From the IMG/VR virus record IMGVR_UViG_3300027418_000370: a stretch of 64,000 bases of DNA. The stretch is one strand, 5' to 3'. Positions 8,914 to 18,260 of the stretch are shown piece after piece; the stretch's first letter is position 1; every line of letters starts with the position of its first letter. Both the position numbers and the translations under genes were made by a program. The DNA is from a virus. Below the pieces are notes generated by a model. The model had not been told where the DNA came from. It saw only the letters and a list, made by a program, of their open reading frames with translations, and did not search any database.

Positions 8914-10095
8914 ATGGCTAACAAAGATTTATTCAAGCAGGCTATTGCTGATGCTAAATCTATTCGTGAAGCTGCTATCACTAACGCAAAACTTGCTTTA
9001 GAGGAGTCGTTAACTCCACAGTTAAAAGAGCTTTTAGCTCAACGTTTAGCTGAGATGGAAGAAGAAGCAGAGAACCAAGAGGTTCTTGCTGAAGCTGAAG
9101 TTGAAGAGACTGAAACTATGGAAGAAGGCGACTACAAAGAAGAAGTAGCGGAGGCTGAAGAAGCTGAAGAAAAAGAGGAAGAAGAAGGTGAAGAAGCTGG
9201 TGAAGAAGAAGCTGAGGGTGACTCTGAAGAATCAGAGGACGAAGCTGAAGAAGATCTAGAGGTTGAAGACATGACTGTCGATGACCTTAAAGACCTAATC
9301 CGTGATATCCTTTCTCAGGAAATGGGTGACATGGAAGCGCCTGAAGGTGAAGAAGGTGATGAGGAAGCTGAAGATATGGTAGGCATGGATATGACTGCTG
9401 AACCTGAGGCTGAAGCCGGAGAGGAAGAAATTAACCTCGACGAACTCATGGCTGAACTCGCTGAAATGGCTAAAGACGAAGATACTGTTGAAGAGACTAT
9501 CAACGATCCAGAGACTGAAACTGCTCACGGTAACGTCGCAGAAGAAGAAGAGACTATGGAAGAAGGACCTATGGATAAGATCAAGCAATTAGTTGCTAAG
9601 ATGCAGCAAAACGCTAAAGAGGGTAAACCACTTATCGATGACGAATTCTTCAAGTTTGCTGAGAAAATGGATATCTTAGATCCAGGTACAGTTACAGCCG
9701 GTATGGCTAAGTCTGGTTCTGGTAAGACATCCTCTATCGGTGAAGAACTCGCTGAAGCTATGGAGACTATCGAAGCTCTTCGCAAAGATCTTAATGAAGT
9801 AAACTTACTAAATGCTAAGTTACTTTACGTTAATAAGGTATTCAAGGCTAACGCCCTTACTGAATCACAGAAAGCTACAGTTATTGCTGCTTTCGACAAA
9901 GCTGAGACAGTTAAAGAAGTTAAGCTTGTTTTTGAAACGGTTAGCGAAAACATTCCTTCTGGTAAAAAAGAAGTAGTTAAGGAAGCCAAGGGCTTTGCTT
10001 CAGCTGCTGTAGGAACATCTGACAAACCAGAAGTAATTGCTGAAGCTAATCAGGCTGTATTACGCATGCAAAAACTTGCAGGAATTATTAAATAA
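8914..10095 (+). CDS. Prohead scaffold/core protein (gp22-like role)
   Basis: 393 aa, extremely acidic, coiled-coil, many x-x-E cleavage-like sites, C-terminal RMQKLAGII. Lies immediately before the capsid gene. Confidence 0.8.
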   Translation: MANKDLFKQAIADAKSIREAAITNAKLALEESLTPQLKELLAQRLAEMEEEAENQEVLAEAEVEETETMEEGDYKEEVAEAEEAEEKEEEEGEEAGEEEAEGDSEESEDEAEEDLEVEDMTVDDLKDLIRDILSQEMGDMEAPEGEEGDEEAEDMVGMDMTAEPEAEAGEEEINLDELMAELAEMAKDEDTVEETINDPETETAHGNVAEEEETMEEGPMDKIKQLVAKMQQNAKEGKPLIDDEFFKFAEKMDILDPGTVTAGMAKSGSGKTSSIGEELAEAMETIEALRKDLNEVNLLNAKLLYVNKVFKANALTESQKATVIAAFDKAETVKEVKLVFETVSENIPSGKKEVVKEAKGFASAAVGTSDKPEVIAEANQAVLRMQKLAGIIK

Positions 10096-10115
10096 CTTTA
10101 AATCCAAAATTTATC

Positions 10116-11723
10116 ATGGAATTAAATTCTCTATTAAACGAGTCAGCTCAAGGCTTCAAGAGCTTACAAGCTGACGCAACTCGTTTAGCTGATAAGTGGT
10201 CTGCTACAGGCTTACTTGAGGGCTTAAACAACGAGATCGAGAAAAATAGCATGGCTATGATCCTCGAAAACCAAGCTAAGCAGCTTGTAAACGAAATGAA
10301 CTCTACTGGTGGCGGTGCTATCGGTACTGCTACAGCTAACGCTGAGCAATGGGCTGGTGTTGCTTTACCACTTGTGCGTAAAGTATTCGCTCAGATCTCT
10401 GCTAAAGATTTCGTTTCTGTTCAACCAATGAACCTTCCTTCTGGCCTAGTATTCTATCTTGACTTCAAGTATGGTAACGGTGTTAACGGTCGTACTCTAG
10501 GTGACAACCTTTACGGTAACGTTTCTACTGCTAACAGCAAAATGACTGTTGATCTAGAAGTTGCTGGTGGTCTTTACGGTGCTGGACAATTCGGTTACAC
10601 AATCAACCCAGTTGCTACTGCATCTCTAGCTATCACAGCTGGTACTGCTACTTCAGCTTCTGTTGGCTACCAAGATGGTGTTAACCCAAGCGACTATAAG
10701 ACTTACGCAATCACTTTTGCTCAAGCTATTGATACTAAAGGTGTTCGTGCTTTCCGTCTTTCTTCTGGCTCTGCCGCTTACGGTGCCGCTAGCGACATCA
10801 CAACTAACCCAGAATTCACTACTGTATCTGGTAACACAGTTACTTTCGTAGTTGCTGCTTCTGCGGTTACTGCTGCTAACTTAACTGACGCTGCTGCTGT
10901 ATTCCACCTTCAGCCATCTGACAACACTCGTGGTGATTTCGAATTCACTGACGGTGTAGGTGATACAACTCCAGTTATCCCTGAGATCAACGTATCTCTT
11001 GCTTCTGAAGCTATCGTTGCTAAGACTCGTAAGTTAAAAGCACAATGGTCTCCAGAATTCGCTCAAGATCTTAACGCTTACCACAGCATCGACGCTGAGG
11101 CTGAGTTAACTTCTCTTCTTTCTGAGTATATCTCTATGGAAATCGATCTCGAGATCCTTGATATGCTTATCCAAGATGCAGTTACTACTGAGAAGTGGTC
11201 TGCTGAGAACAACAAGATCTGGGCTAACGGTGCATGGCAGACTACTGCTGTAGCTGATTTCTACAACACTCAAGGTCAGTGGTTCCAAACTCTTGGTACT
11301 AAGATCCAGAAAGTGTCTAACAAGATCCACCAGAAGACTTTACGTGGCGGTGCAAACTTCCTAGTAGTTTCTCCTTCTGTTGCTACTATCCTTGAGTCAA
11401 TTCCTGGATATGCTGCCGAGACTAACGGTGACAAGATGGACTTCGCAATGGGTGTTCAGAAAGTAGGTTCACTTAACTCACGCTTCCGTGTTTATAAGAA
11501 CCCTTACATGACTGAGAACGTTATCCTTATGGGTTACAGAGGTAGCCAGTTCCTAGAGACAGGTGCTGTTTATGCTCCATATGTACCATTAATGATGACT
11601 CCATTAGTATACGATCCTAAGAACTTCACTCCAACGAAGGGTATTATGACTCGTTACGCTAAGAAGATGATCCGTCCTGAATTCTACGGTAAGATCTGGG
11701 TTTCTGACCTAGCTACTGTTTAA
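10116..11723 (+). CDS. gp23: Major capsid protein (T4 gp23-like)
   Basis: Motifs MILENQ, LPLVRKVF, VSVQPMNLPSGLVFYL, KTRKLKAQWSPEFAQDLNAYH, GAVYAPYVPL and GIMTRY. Confidence 0.96.
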   Translation: MELNSLLNESAQGFKSLQADATRLADKWSATGLLEGLNNEIEKNSMAMILENQAKQLVNEMNSTGGGAIGTATANAEQWAGVALPLVRKVFAQISAKDFVSVQPMNLPSGLVFYLDFKYGNGVNGRTLGDNLYGNVSTANSKMTVDLEVAGGLYGAGQFGYTINPVATASLAITAGTATSASVGYQDGVNPSDYKTYAITFAQAIDTKGVRAFRLSSGSAAYGAASDITTNPEFTTVSGNTVTFVVAASAVTAANLTDAAAVFHLQPSDNTRGDFEFTDGVGDTTPVIPEINVSLASEAIVAKTRKLKAQWSPEFAQDLNAYHSIDAEAELTSLLSEYISMEIDLEILDMLIQDAVTTEKWSAENNKIWANGAWQTTAVADFYNTQGQWFQTLGTKIQKVSNKIHQKTLRGGANFLVVSPSVATILESIPGYAAETNGDKMDFAMGVQKVGSLNSRFRVYKNPYMTENVILMGYRGSQFLETGAVYAPYVPLMMTPLVYDPKNFTPTKGIMTRYAKKMIRPEFYGKIWVSDLATV

Positions 11724-11746
11724 TTCATCCTTACATAGGAAAATTT

Positions 11747-11775
11747 GAGGGGGCCTTCGGGCCCCTTCTTTTTTT
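11747..11775 (+). terminator. Rho-independent terminator with cUUCGg tetraloop
   Basis: GAGGGGGCC-TTCG-GGCCCCTTC followed by T7. Confidence 0.9.
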
Positions 11776-11796
11776 ATCGTATATTAGTTATAAATC

Positions 11797-11804
11797 TATT
11801 TATA
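11797..11804 (+). promoter_or_regulatory. TATTTATA putative late promoter motif
   Basis: Between the terminator and phoH. Confidence 0.6.
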
Positions 11805-11829
11805 CAATATAAACCAACGTTACGAATAT

Positions 11830-12516
11830 ATGAGTTCGAATCACCACGAAGACGAGATCTTCAAAGCTAAGAGACGACCAAAGAACCCTATTAAGTTTAA
11901 TATTTCTCTCAACGATGAACAGAAAGCTGCGAAGGAAGTTATACTCACTAATCCCATCACCGTTCTACGTGGTATGGCTGGAAGTGGTAAGACTCTGGTG
12001 GCAGTTCAATGTGCGCTTGACCTCTTATTCACGAAACAGGTCAACAAGATTATCATCACGCGACCAACAGTGGCTAAAGAAGACATTGGCTTCCTCCCAG
12101 GAGACATCCGCGAAAAAATGGACCCCTGGCTTGCGCCGATTTATCACAACCTATACCTCTTATATTCAAAAGAAAAAATCGACAGGGAAGTAGAAGAAGG
12201 TAATATTGAAATCCTTCCATTCGCTTTTATGAGAGGACGTACTTTCGTTAACACATTTGTTATTGTTGATGAAGCACAAAACGTTACTCATACCCAGATG
12301 GAAATGGTCTTAGGTAGACTGGGTATGAATAGCTGGATGGCTATCTGTGGAGACATAGCTCAGATTGATTTACGAGATAAAAGACAGACTGGTTTTTCAT
12401 TCTTAAATCGCTTAGAGGAGAACGTTAAAGGCTTTAGGGTTGTAACGTTATTACAAAATCATAGACACCCTATCGTCGAACCTATACTTAATGTATACCA
12501 AACATTCAGGGATTAA
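11830..12516 (+). CDS. phoH: PhoH-family ATPase
   Basis: Walker A GMAGSGKT, TRP, GFLPG, FMRGRTF, Walker B IVDEAQN, GDIAQID and HRHP. Confidence 0.95.
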   Translation: MSSNHHEDEIFKAKRRPKNPIKFNISLNDEQKAAKEVILTNPITVLRGMAGSGKTLVAVQCALDLLFTKQVNKIIITRPTVAKEDIGFLPGDIREKMDPWLAPIYHNLYLLYSKEKIDREVEEGNIEILPFAFMRGRTFVNTFVIVDEAQNVTHTQMEMVLGRLGMNSWMAICGDIAQIDLRDKRQTGFSFLNRLEENVKGFRVVTLLQNHRHPIVEPILNVYQTFRD

Positions 12517-12528
12517 AAGCAGAGTTAC

Positions 12529-12536
12529 TATTTATA
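12529..12536 (+). promoter_or_regulatory. TATTTATA putative late promoter motif
   Basis: Intergenic, upstream of ATG 12551. Confidence 0.6.
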
Positions 12537-12550
12537 TATAAACTCGAACT

Positions 12551-13693
12551 ATGGCTGATATCGCAATCTGGGAAGGCTCATCTCAATTTCAAGCCGGACA
12601 GACTCCATTCGCATTCTATGACACAGATGCTGACTTTATAGCTGATGCTGATAAGGTAGCTAAGTTTTGTGCACAGAGATTGGGGTATCCATTGATGGAT
12701 GTAGAACTACAATCTGGTTCTATCTATGCTTGCTTTGAAGAAGCAGTAACCACTTACGGTAACGAAGTATTTCAGTACAAGATTAGAGAGAATTACCTAT
12801 CTATGGAGGGTGATTCATCAGCTACATCGTATAATAGTAAGTTAATAGAAGGATCTTTAGGGAGAGTTATTGAAATTGCTGAAAATTACGGTACAGAAGC
12901 AGAAGTAGGAGGTAATGTTACTAAATACTCAGGATCTATCACAGTAACTGCCGGCACTCAGAGTTACGATTTAGATGCCTGGGCTACTGCACAAGGAATC
13001 ACCGGAGGAATTGAGATTAGAAAGGTATTTTACGAGTCTCCACCGGCGATCTTACGTTATTTTGACCCATATGCAGGTACTGGTACAGGTATTCAGTCAT
13101 TAATGGACGCTTTTGACTTTGGATCATACAGTCCAGGTGTAAACTTCCTGTTAATGCCTGCTTCTTACGACATTTTAAAGGTTCAAGCCATCGAATTTAA
13201 CGATCAGATCAGAAGATCGGCATATTCCTTTGAAGTAGTCAATAATCAGCTTAAATTATTCCCTGTACCTAAGCAAGACGGTGCTATGTGGTTCGAATAC
13301 TACAAGAAAAGCGACAAAAAAGGTGCAGTTAAGGATAGTTCCTCTGGATTAATTACCAATGTAGGTGAGGTACCTTATGATAATGTTACTTATAGCACTG
13401 TAAACTCAGTAGGAAGACAGTGGATCTACCGTTATACGTTAGCTCTTACTAAAGAACTCCTAGGATACATTAGAGGTAAGTACCAACAGATACCTGTACC
13501 GGGTTCAAACACAGGATTAAACCAAGCAGACCTGCTTACAGATGCAAGATCTGAGAAGATATCCTTACTTACTGAGCTAAGAGAGATGTTAGACCAAACG
13601 TCTAAGAAGGCTCAACTAGAAAGAAAGGCTGACGAATCAGATAATCTTAAGAGAATCACTACTCAAGTACCAATGACAATCTTTATAGGATGA
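12551..13693 (+). CDS. Neck/head-tail adaptor protein (T4 gp13-like)
   Basis: RLGYPLMDVEL, WIYRYTLALTKELLGYIRGKY and C-terminal PMTIFIG are typical of gp13-like neck proteins. Confidence 0.8.
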   Translation: MADIAIWEGSSQFQAGQTPFAFYDTDADFIADADKVAKFCAQRLGYPLMDVELQSGSIYACFEEAVTTYGNEVFQYKIRENYLSMEGDSSATSYNSKLIEGSLGRVIEIAENYGTEAEVGGNVTKYSGSITVTAGTQSYDLDAWATAQGITGGIEIRKVFYESPPAILRYFDPYAGTGTGIQSLMDAFDFGSYSPGVNFLLMPASYDILKVQAIEFNDQIRRSAYSFEVVNNQLKLFPVPKQDGAMWFEYYKKSDKKGAVKDSSSGLITNVGEVPYDNVTYSTVNSVGRQWIYRYTLALTKELLGYIRGKYQQIPVPGSNTGLNQADLLTDARSEKISLLTELREMLDQTSKKAQLERKADESDNLKRITTQVPMTIFIG

Positions 13694-14007
13694 TGAAGCT
13701 AGGTAACATACTACTTGAAGAGACGTATAAGATGTTTAGAACTTATATGTACCTTGAATTTGACGATACCGATATGGATGTATCGACACTAGCTAATATT
13801 GTACGCGGTCTACCACAGGTAGCTGTAGTAAATAACAAATCAGATAAAGAAGATCCTAGGCCTAGAGCTTTATTCCAAGTAAAAATTGCAACTACCAAAC
13901 CACCTACTGAAGCATTTCAGATACTACAGAAGGATGTGATGACTAGAGTTTCAGAAGTAAAGAAATGTCAAATTTCAGAACGCCACGTAGAGGAGGTTAA
14001 CTTATGA
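13690..14007 (+). CDS. Hypothetical protein
   Basis: 105 aa, overlaps both neighbours. N-terminus MMKLGNILLEE. Confidence 0.65.
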   Translation: MMKLGNILLEETYKMFRTYMYLEFDDTDMDVSTLANIVRGLPQVAVVNNKSDKEDPRPRALFQVKIATTKPPTEAFQILQKDVMTRVSEVKKCQISERHVEEVNL

Positions 14008-14492
14008 GTATATTCGGTAGTCAAAGAGATTTCGGTTTAATTAAAAAGATGAACCGTGCTCTGCTCAGAGATATTATCGAGCAGGAGATTGGCTATTATA
14101 AAATCTCACTTAACGAGACTCAAGCTAACATCTACGGAGAGTCTAGCGAAAAGATGTACTACAGCCCTGTATTAATGCAGTGTTTGATTACTAGAGGAGA
14201 TCAAGTATATACTGTAGATGATTTTGGACCTGATCTTACTCGTACTTTATCATTTGCATTTTTAAGAGATGATTTAGTTGATCAGAACTTAGTACCTGAA
14301 GTAGGAGACATTATCATGCTAAATGAAAACTACTACGAAGTAGACATAGTAAGAGAGAATCAATTCTTCTTCGGTAAAGATAATAATTACAACTACGGAA
14401 GAACAGGTGAACACGGAGCTAGTATTTCAATTGTCTGTGATGCTCACTTAACGAGAACAGACAAACTAAACATTACACAAGTTAGACCGTAA
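14004..14492 (+). CDS. Neck/head-closure protein (gp14-like)
   Basis: NIYGES..K.Y, PEVGDII...YYEV motifs; position between gp13-like and gp15-like genes. Confidence 0.65.
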   Translation: MSIFGSQRDFGLIKKMNRALLRDIIEQEIGYYKISLNETQANIYGESSEKMYYSPVLMQCLITRGDQVYTVDDFGPDLTRTLSFAFLRDDLVDQNLVPEVGDIIMLNENYYEVDIVRENQFFFGKDNNYNYGRTGEHGASISIVCDAHLTRTDKLNITQVRP

Positions 14493-15727
14493 TGGCGCAG
14501 TATAAAAGAAAAAAACCGACACCGAAAACTCAATCGGAGTTAGCACGTGAGCAAATACAAGCTTATGATGCTACCAGAGGTACTGTGCCTGCTTCTACAA
14601 AACTAAACAGAGAGAATCAGCTTTCACTTAAAGACGATACGGTAAAACTTCCTGTTGTAAGTTTAAAAGACATCGATGAAGCAATCGTATACTACTTTAA
14701 GAATATAATTAAACCATCAGTTGTACAGAATGGCAGTAAGCTTGACGTACCAATTCTCTACGGATCACCAGAAAGATGGGCAGCTGTACAAAAGGACGGC
14801 TTCTATAGAGACAAAGACGGTAAGCTTCAAGTGCCGTTAATCATGTTCCGTAAAAGTAACATTGAGAAGAATAGATCATTAGGTAATAAGCTAGACGGTA
14901 ACGAAGTTAGTAACTTTGTTATTTACGAAAAGAAGTATTCCAAGAGAAACATCTACGATAGATTTTCCTTAATTTCTAATCGTCAACCATCCAAAGAACT
15001 CTACGGAGTTGTAATACCAGATTACGTTACAGTAACCTACCAATGTATTATCTATACCGATTATGTAGAGCAATGTGACAAGCTAATTGAAGCATTAAAC
15101 TTTGCTTCTGATTCATACTGGGGGGATAAAGAACGCTACCGCTTTAGAGCTAGAATTGATTCCTATACTCCTACCATTGAGATGGCTCAAGGAAGTGATA
15201 GAGCAGTAAAGGCTACATTTAGCTTAGTGCTCCACGGGTATATTATCACAGATACTTACAACCGCGATAAAGCTAACCTTAAGAAATTCTACTCTAAGGC
15301 TCAGGTTAACTTTGGATTCGAGACTGTAGGAGATTTAGAAACGTTAACAGCAGCATCTAGAACACCTCAAGAAGCAGCTCCGGCTAGATTCTTTGACAGT
15401 CAGATTGGTGCATTCCAACCACCACCAGGAACAGGAGGTATGACAGGAGCAGAGATTACATTTATTAGCTTGAACACAACAGCTATAGCGGATACAGTCA
15501 TCAGTAATAAAGCTACGTTTAACAACCGTACTATTGCCACAGCACCTTCAGGCTTTACTATCGATGAATCAAGCTTCCAGGTATACGTTAACGGTATCTT
15601 AATCCCATCTACTCAGAGAACAACATCTCAAGTAGGAGCTAATATTGAAGTACTCTTTGATACCAACGCAATTCAGTACGAAATGCTACCGGACTTTGAA
15701 GTTATATTAGCAGGTAAGTTTACATAA
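14492..15727 (+). CDS. Tail terminator/sheath stabiliser (gp15-like) with C-terminal extension
   Basis: VPILYGSPERW, PLIMFRK, PDYVTVTYQCIIYT...QCDKLIE and FSLVLHGYI follow the gp15-like pattern; about 130 aa extra at the C-terminus. Confidence 0.65.
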   Translation: MAQYKRKKPTPKTQSELAREQIQAYDATRGTVPASTKLNRENQLSLKDDTVKLPVVSLKDIDEAIVYYFKNIIKPSVVQNGSKLDVPILYGSPERWAAVQKDGFYRDKDGKLQVPLIMFRKSNIEKNRSLGNKLDGNEVSNFVIYEKKYSKRNIYDRFSLISNRQPSKELYGVVIPDYVTVTYQCIIYTDYVEQCDKLIEALNFASDSYWGDKERYRFRARIDSYTPTIEMAQGSDRAVKATFSLVLHGYIITDTYNRDKANLKKFYSKAQVNFGFETVGDLETLTAASRTPQEAAPARFFDSQIGAFQPPPGTGGMTGAEITFISLNTTAIADTVISNKATFNNRTIATAPSGFTIDESSFQVYVNGILIPSTQRTTSQVGANIEVLFDTNAIQYEMLPDFEVILAGKFT

Positions 15728-15728
15728 T

Positions 15729-15986
15729 ATGGCACGAGTTCACCTATCACAACTAAACCCTTCTGGTTCGCTAAATATCACAGGTAGCTTTAGCGTAGCT
15801 GGTCAATCTGTATTCTATCAGACCGATAGTACAATAGCAGCATTAATAGTATCAGGAGCCATGGAGATTGTTAAATCTACTCTAGCAGCACAAGCTGTTT
15901 CTGGTTCACTTTCGATTCAAGGCCTCGGCACTCTTGCAGATACTGGATCAAGAGAGACCATCGATCTCGGTACAGATGACTTTTAA
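15729..15986 (+). CDS. Small virion protein, SGS/TGS-rich
   Basis: 85 aa with PSGSL, ITGSF and VSGSL; followed by a terminator. Confidence 0.6.
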   Translation: MARVHLSQLNPSGSLNITGSFSVAGQSVFYQTDSTIAALIVSGAMEIVKSTLAAQAVSGSLSIQGLGTLADTGSRETIDLGTDDF

Positions 15987-16006
15987 TTAAAATACATATA
16001 AGGTTA

Positions 16007-16036
16007 GGAGCCGGCTTATCGCCGGCTTTCCTATTT
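16007..16036 (+). terminator. Probable Rho-independent terminator
   Basis: GGAGCCGGC-TTATC-GCCGGCTTT with an interrupted T tail. Confidence 0.65.
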
Positions 16037-16039
16037 ATT
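16032..16039 (+). promoter_or_regulatory. TATTTATT variant of the putative late motif
   Basis: Upstream of the first fibre gene (ATG 16092). Confidence 0.5.
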
Positions 16040-16091
16040 ATAGTCCTATATAGGGCAACCCGGTATATACCTTCAAAACGTTACCATACAT

Positions 16092-17924
16092 ATGGCTCAA
16101 ACATTAAGACTGAAGCGATCCTCCGTTCCAGGAAGAGTGCCAACCACGGCCACTCTGCAGACTGGTGAGATCGCGATAAATACAGCCGACGGCTTAGTGT
16201 ACATCCGTAAGGATGACGACACTATTATTCCGTTATTGGGAGCCAATACAACCATCACCGGATCAATCACTTTACTAGGTAGCGTAGAAGCAACATCATT
16301 TACTGGATCCTTCTCAGGATCAGCTGAAGGGCTTAGAGGAGTAGTATTAGATTACTCTGCATCTGCTGGTGACGGTATGCTAGCCTTTACGTACAACGGG
16401 TCTGCCGATGCTATTATTAGCTTAGATACAGGATCGAATCATTTTGTTAACGCTGTAGTCGACTTAATCGGTACTACCCCACCGAATATTATAGCTCAAG
16501 ATACAACTGGAGCAGGAGGTATAGATTTATCTTATAACTCAACCACAGGAGTACTTAGCGGTTCACTTCTCTACTCAGACATACAGCTGGGTTCTACCTC
16601 TATACAACTTGGTAACTCTGCTGCTTCAGTAACAAACTTTAATCTCGAGAATACAAAATCTACCGGATCCTTCTCAGGATCATTTGTAGGAGACCTTACC
16701 GGTACCTTATCAACCTCTGCTTCAGCAGGACCGGGTATACTGCCGTTTACTTTTGATGGTACGTCCAACGCAACTGTTGGAATCGATTCAGCTTCGTATG
16801 AATTTAGGAAAGCAGTACACGATTCAATTATAATCGTGGATACTTATACCTCATCAGGTATTAATTTAGAGTTTAATGAGATAGGTCAGAGCTTCTACTT
16901 ATCTGCACACCTACAGAGTCCGTTTATGACCGTAGGTAGCTCGTACTTACAACTATCAGGTATTTACGAAAGCCTTAGCGATTTAACCTTAATTAACACT
17001 ACCGCATCAGGATCATTTACAGGATCGTTCACCGGTAATTTAGAAGGTACTTCTAGCTGGGCAGAAAATGCAGCAACAGCTTCTTCAGCTGACGATTTTC
17101 TAGTAAGAGGAGATCTAAATGTAAATGGTACTGTAACAGCGAGAGAATTTCATACAACGTTTGTTTCTGCTTCAATAGTATACTCTTCCGGTTCAACAAA
17201 ATTCGGTGATACAGCAGATGATATACATCAATTTACAGGTTCTGTAACTGTTGACGGAAACACCAAATCAGATGACGTTACAATTAACGACTGGGGATCA
17301 ATATCTGCTTCTCTCTCTAGTATCTCTACTAGTGCATCCGGTCAAACGTTACAGCAGGTAACTACTAATGGAAACTCTACTACTTTAGTAATTAGTGCTT
17401 CTAATTTAAACATTACAGACTTTCCAGATGTATCTGCTTCTTTAGCTAGTTTAGGAAACTACAACCTGCAGAACATCACAGATAAAGGAAACTCTACTAC
17501 TTTAGTAATTAGTGCTTCTAATTTAAATATTACAGGATTTCCTGATGTATCTGCTTCTCTAGCAGACCTATACGGTACTTCAGCGAGCTTTGCAAGCGAG
17601 TTAACTCTCGTATCTGCAACAGCTTCAGCAGCATATAATTTTACATTACAGGATATCACAGATAATGGAAACAGTACTACCTTAGTAGTATCAGCTTCCA
17701 ACTTAAATATCACAGGCTTCCCAGACGTTTCTGCTTCTTTAGCAGCAATAAGCGGCAGTACCGTAACTGCAAATGCACTAACGTTACAGGAAGTAACTGA
17801 CAATGGAAACCAGACAACAAATCACGTATCAATCAGCAGTAGCTTAAACGTACAAGATTCTATATACTCTAAAGGAGAGGAAGTATTAGATTTTGCAGTA
17901 GCTATGGCAATAGCATTAGGATAA
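16092..17924 (+). CDS. Fibre protein (610 aa)
   Basis: N-terminus LKRSSVPGRVP...LQTGEIAINTADG resembles fibre anchor domains. GSFSGSF repeats; C-terminal FAVAMAIALG. Confidence 0.7.
   Translation: MAQTLRLKRSSVPGRVPTTATLQTGEIAINTADGLVYIRKDDDTIIPLLGANTTITGSITLLGSVEATSFTGSFSGSAEGLRGVVLDYSASAGDGMLAFTYNGSADAIISLDTGSNHFVNAVVDLIGTTPPNIIAQDTTGAGGIDLSYNSTTGVLSGSLLYSDIQLGSTSIQLGNSAASVTNFNLENTKSTGSFSGSFVGDLTGTLSTSASAGPGILPFTFDGTSNATVGIDSASYEFRKAVHDSIIIVDTYTSSGINLEFNEIGQSFYLSAHLQSPFMTVGSSYLQLSGIYESLSDLTLINTTASGSFTGSFTGNLEGTSSWAENAATASSADDFLVRGDLNVNGTVTAREFHTTFVSASIVYSSGSTKFGDTADDIHQFTGSVTVDGNTKSDDVTINDWGSISASLSSISTSASGQTLQQVTTNGNSTTLVISASNLNITDFPDVSASLASLGNYNLQNITDKGNSTTLVISASNLNITGFPDVSASLADLYGTSASFASELTLVSATASAAYNFTLQDITDNGNSTTLVVSASNLNITGFPDVSASLAAISGSTVTANALTLQEVTDNGNQTTNHVSISSSLNVQDSIYSKGEEVLDFAVAMAIALG
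17349..17820 (+). repeat. Three full plus one partial intragenic repeats (LQxxTxxGNSTTLVxSASNLNITxFPDVSASL)
   Basis: About 40 nt are identical between the copies near 17370 and 17487; a diverged third copy starts near 17667. Confidence 0.85.
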
Positions 17925-17925
17925 G

Positions 17926-18255
17926 ATGGCAAACACATTCAAAAACAAAGTAATAGCAGCAATAGGTCCAGTAGCCGAAGGTTATACTGTTCCTGCTTCT
18001 ACAACTACAACTGTAATCGGTATGGCAATTGCTAACCGTACTGCAGCTACTATCACAGTAGATGCTGAGGTAGTAGATACTTCTGCAGGTGTTACCGCAT
18101 ACTTACTTAAAGACGGTATTATTGCAGCAGGAGGAAGTTTAGTTGTTGTAGGAGGAGATCAAAAAGTAGTACTAGAAACTACAGATGTTTTACAAGTGGC
18201 TTCTAACGTATCTTCTTCAGCAGATGTAGTTATATCAATGATGGAAACAACCTAA
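17926..18255 (+). CDS. Small beta-rich virion protein (MANTFKN type), probable fibre-associated subunit
   Basis: 109 aa directly after the AMAIALG-ending fibre, a pairing I recognise from aquatic phages. Confidence 0.65.
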   Translation: MANTFKNKVIAAIGPVAEGYTVPASTTTTVIGMAIANRTAATITVDAEVVDTSAGVTAYLLKDGIIAAGGSLVVVGGDQKVVLETTDVLQVASNVSSSADVVISMMETT

Positions 18256-18260
18256 GATAG

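Noticed and set aside
2276-11723. Introns or inteins in terL, portal or capsid genes
   Set aside because: The ORFs are continuous, of ordinary length, and show no intein or homing endonuclease motifs.
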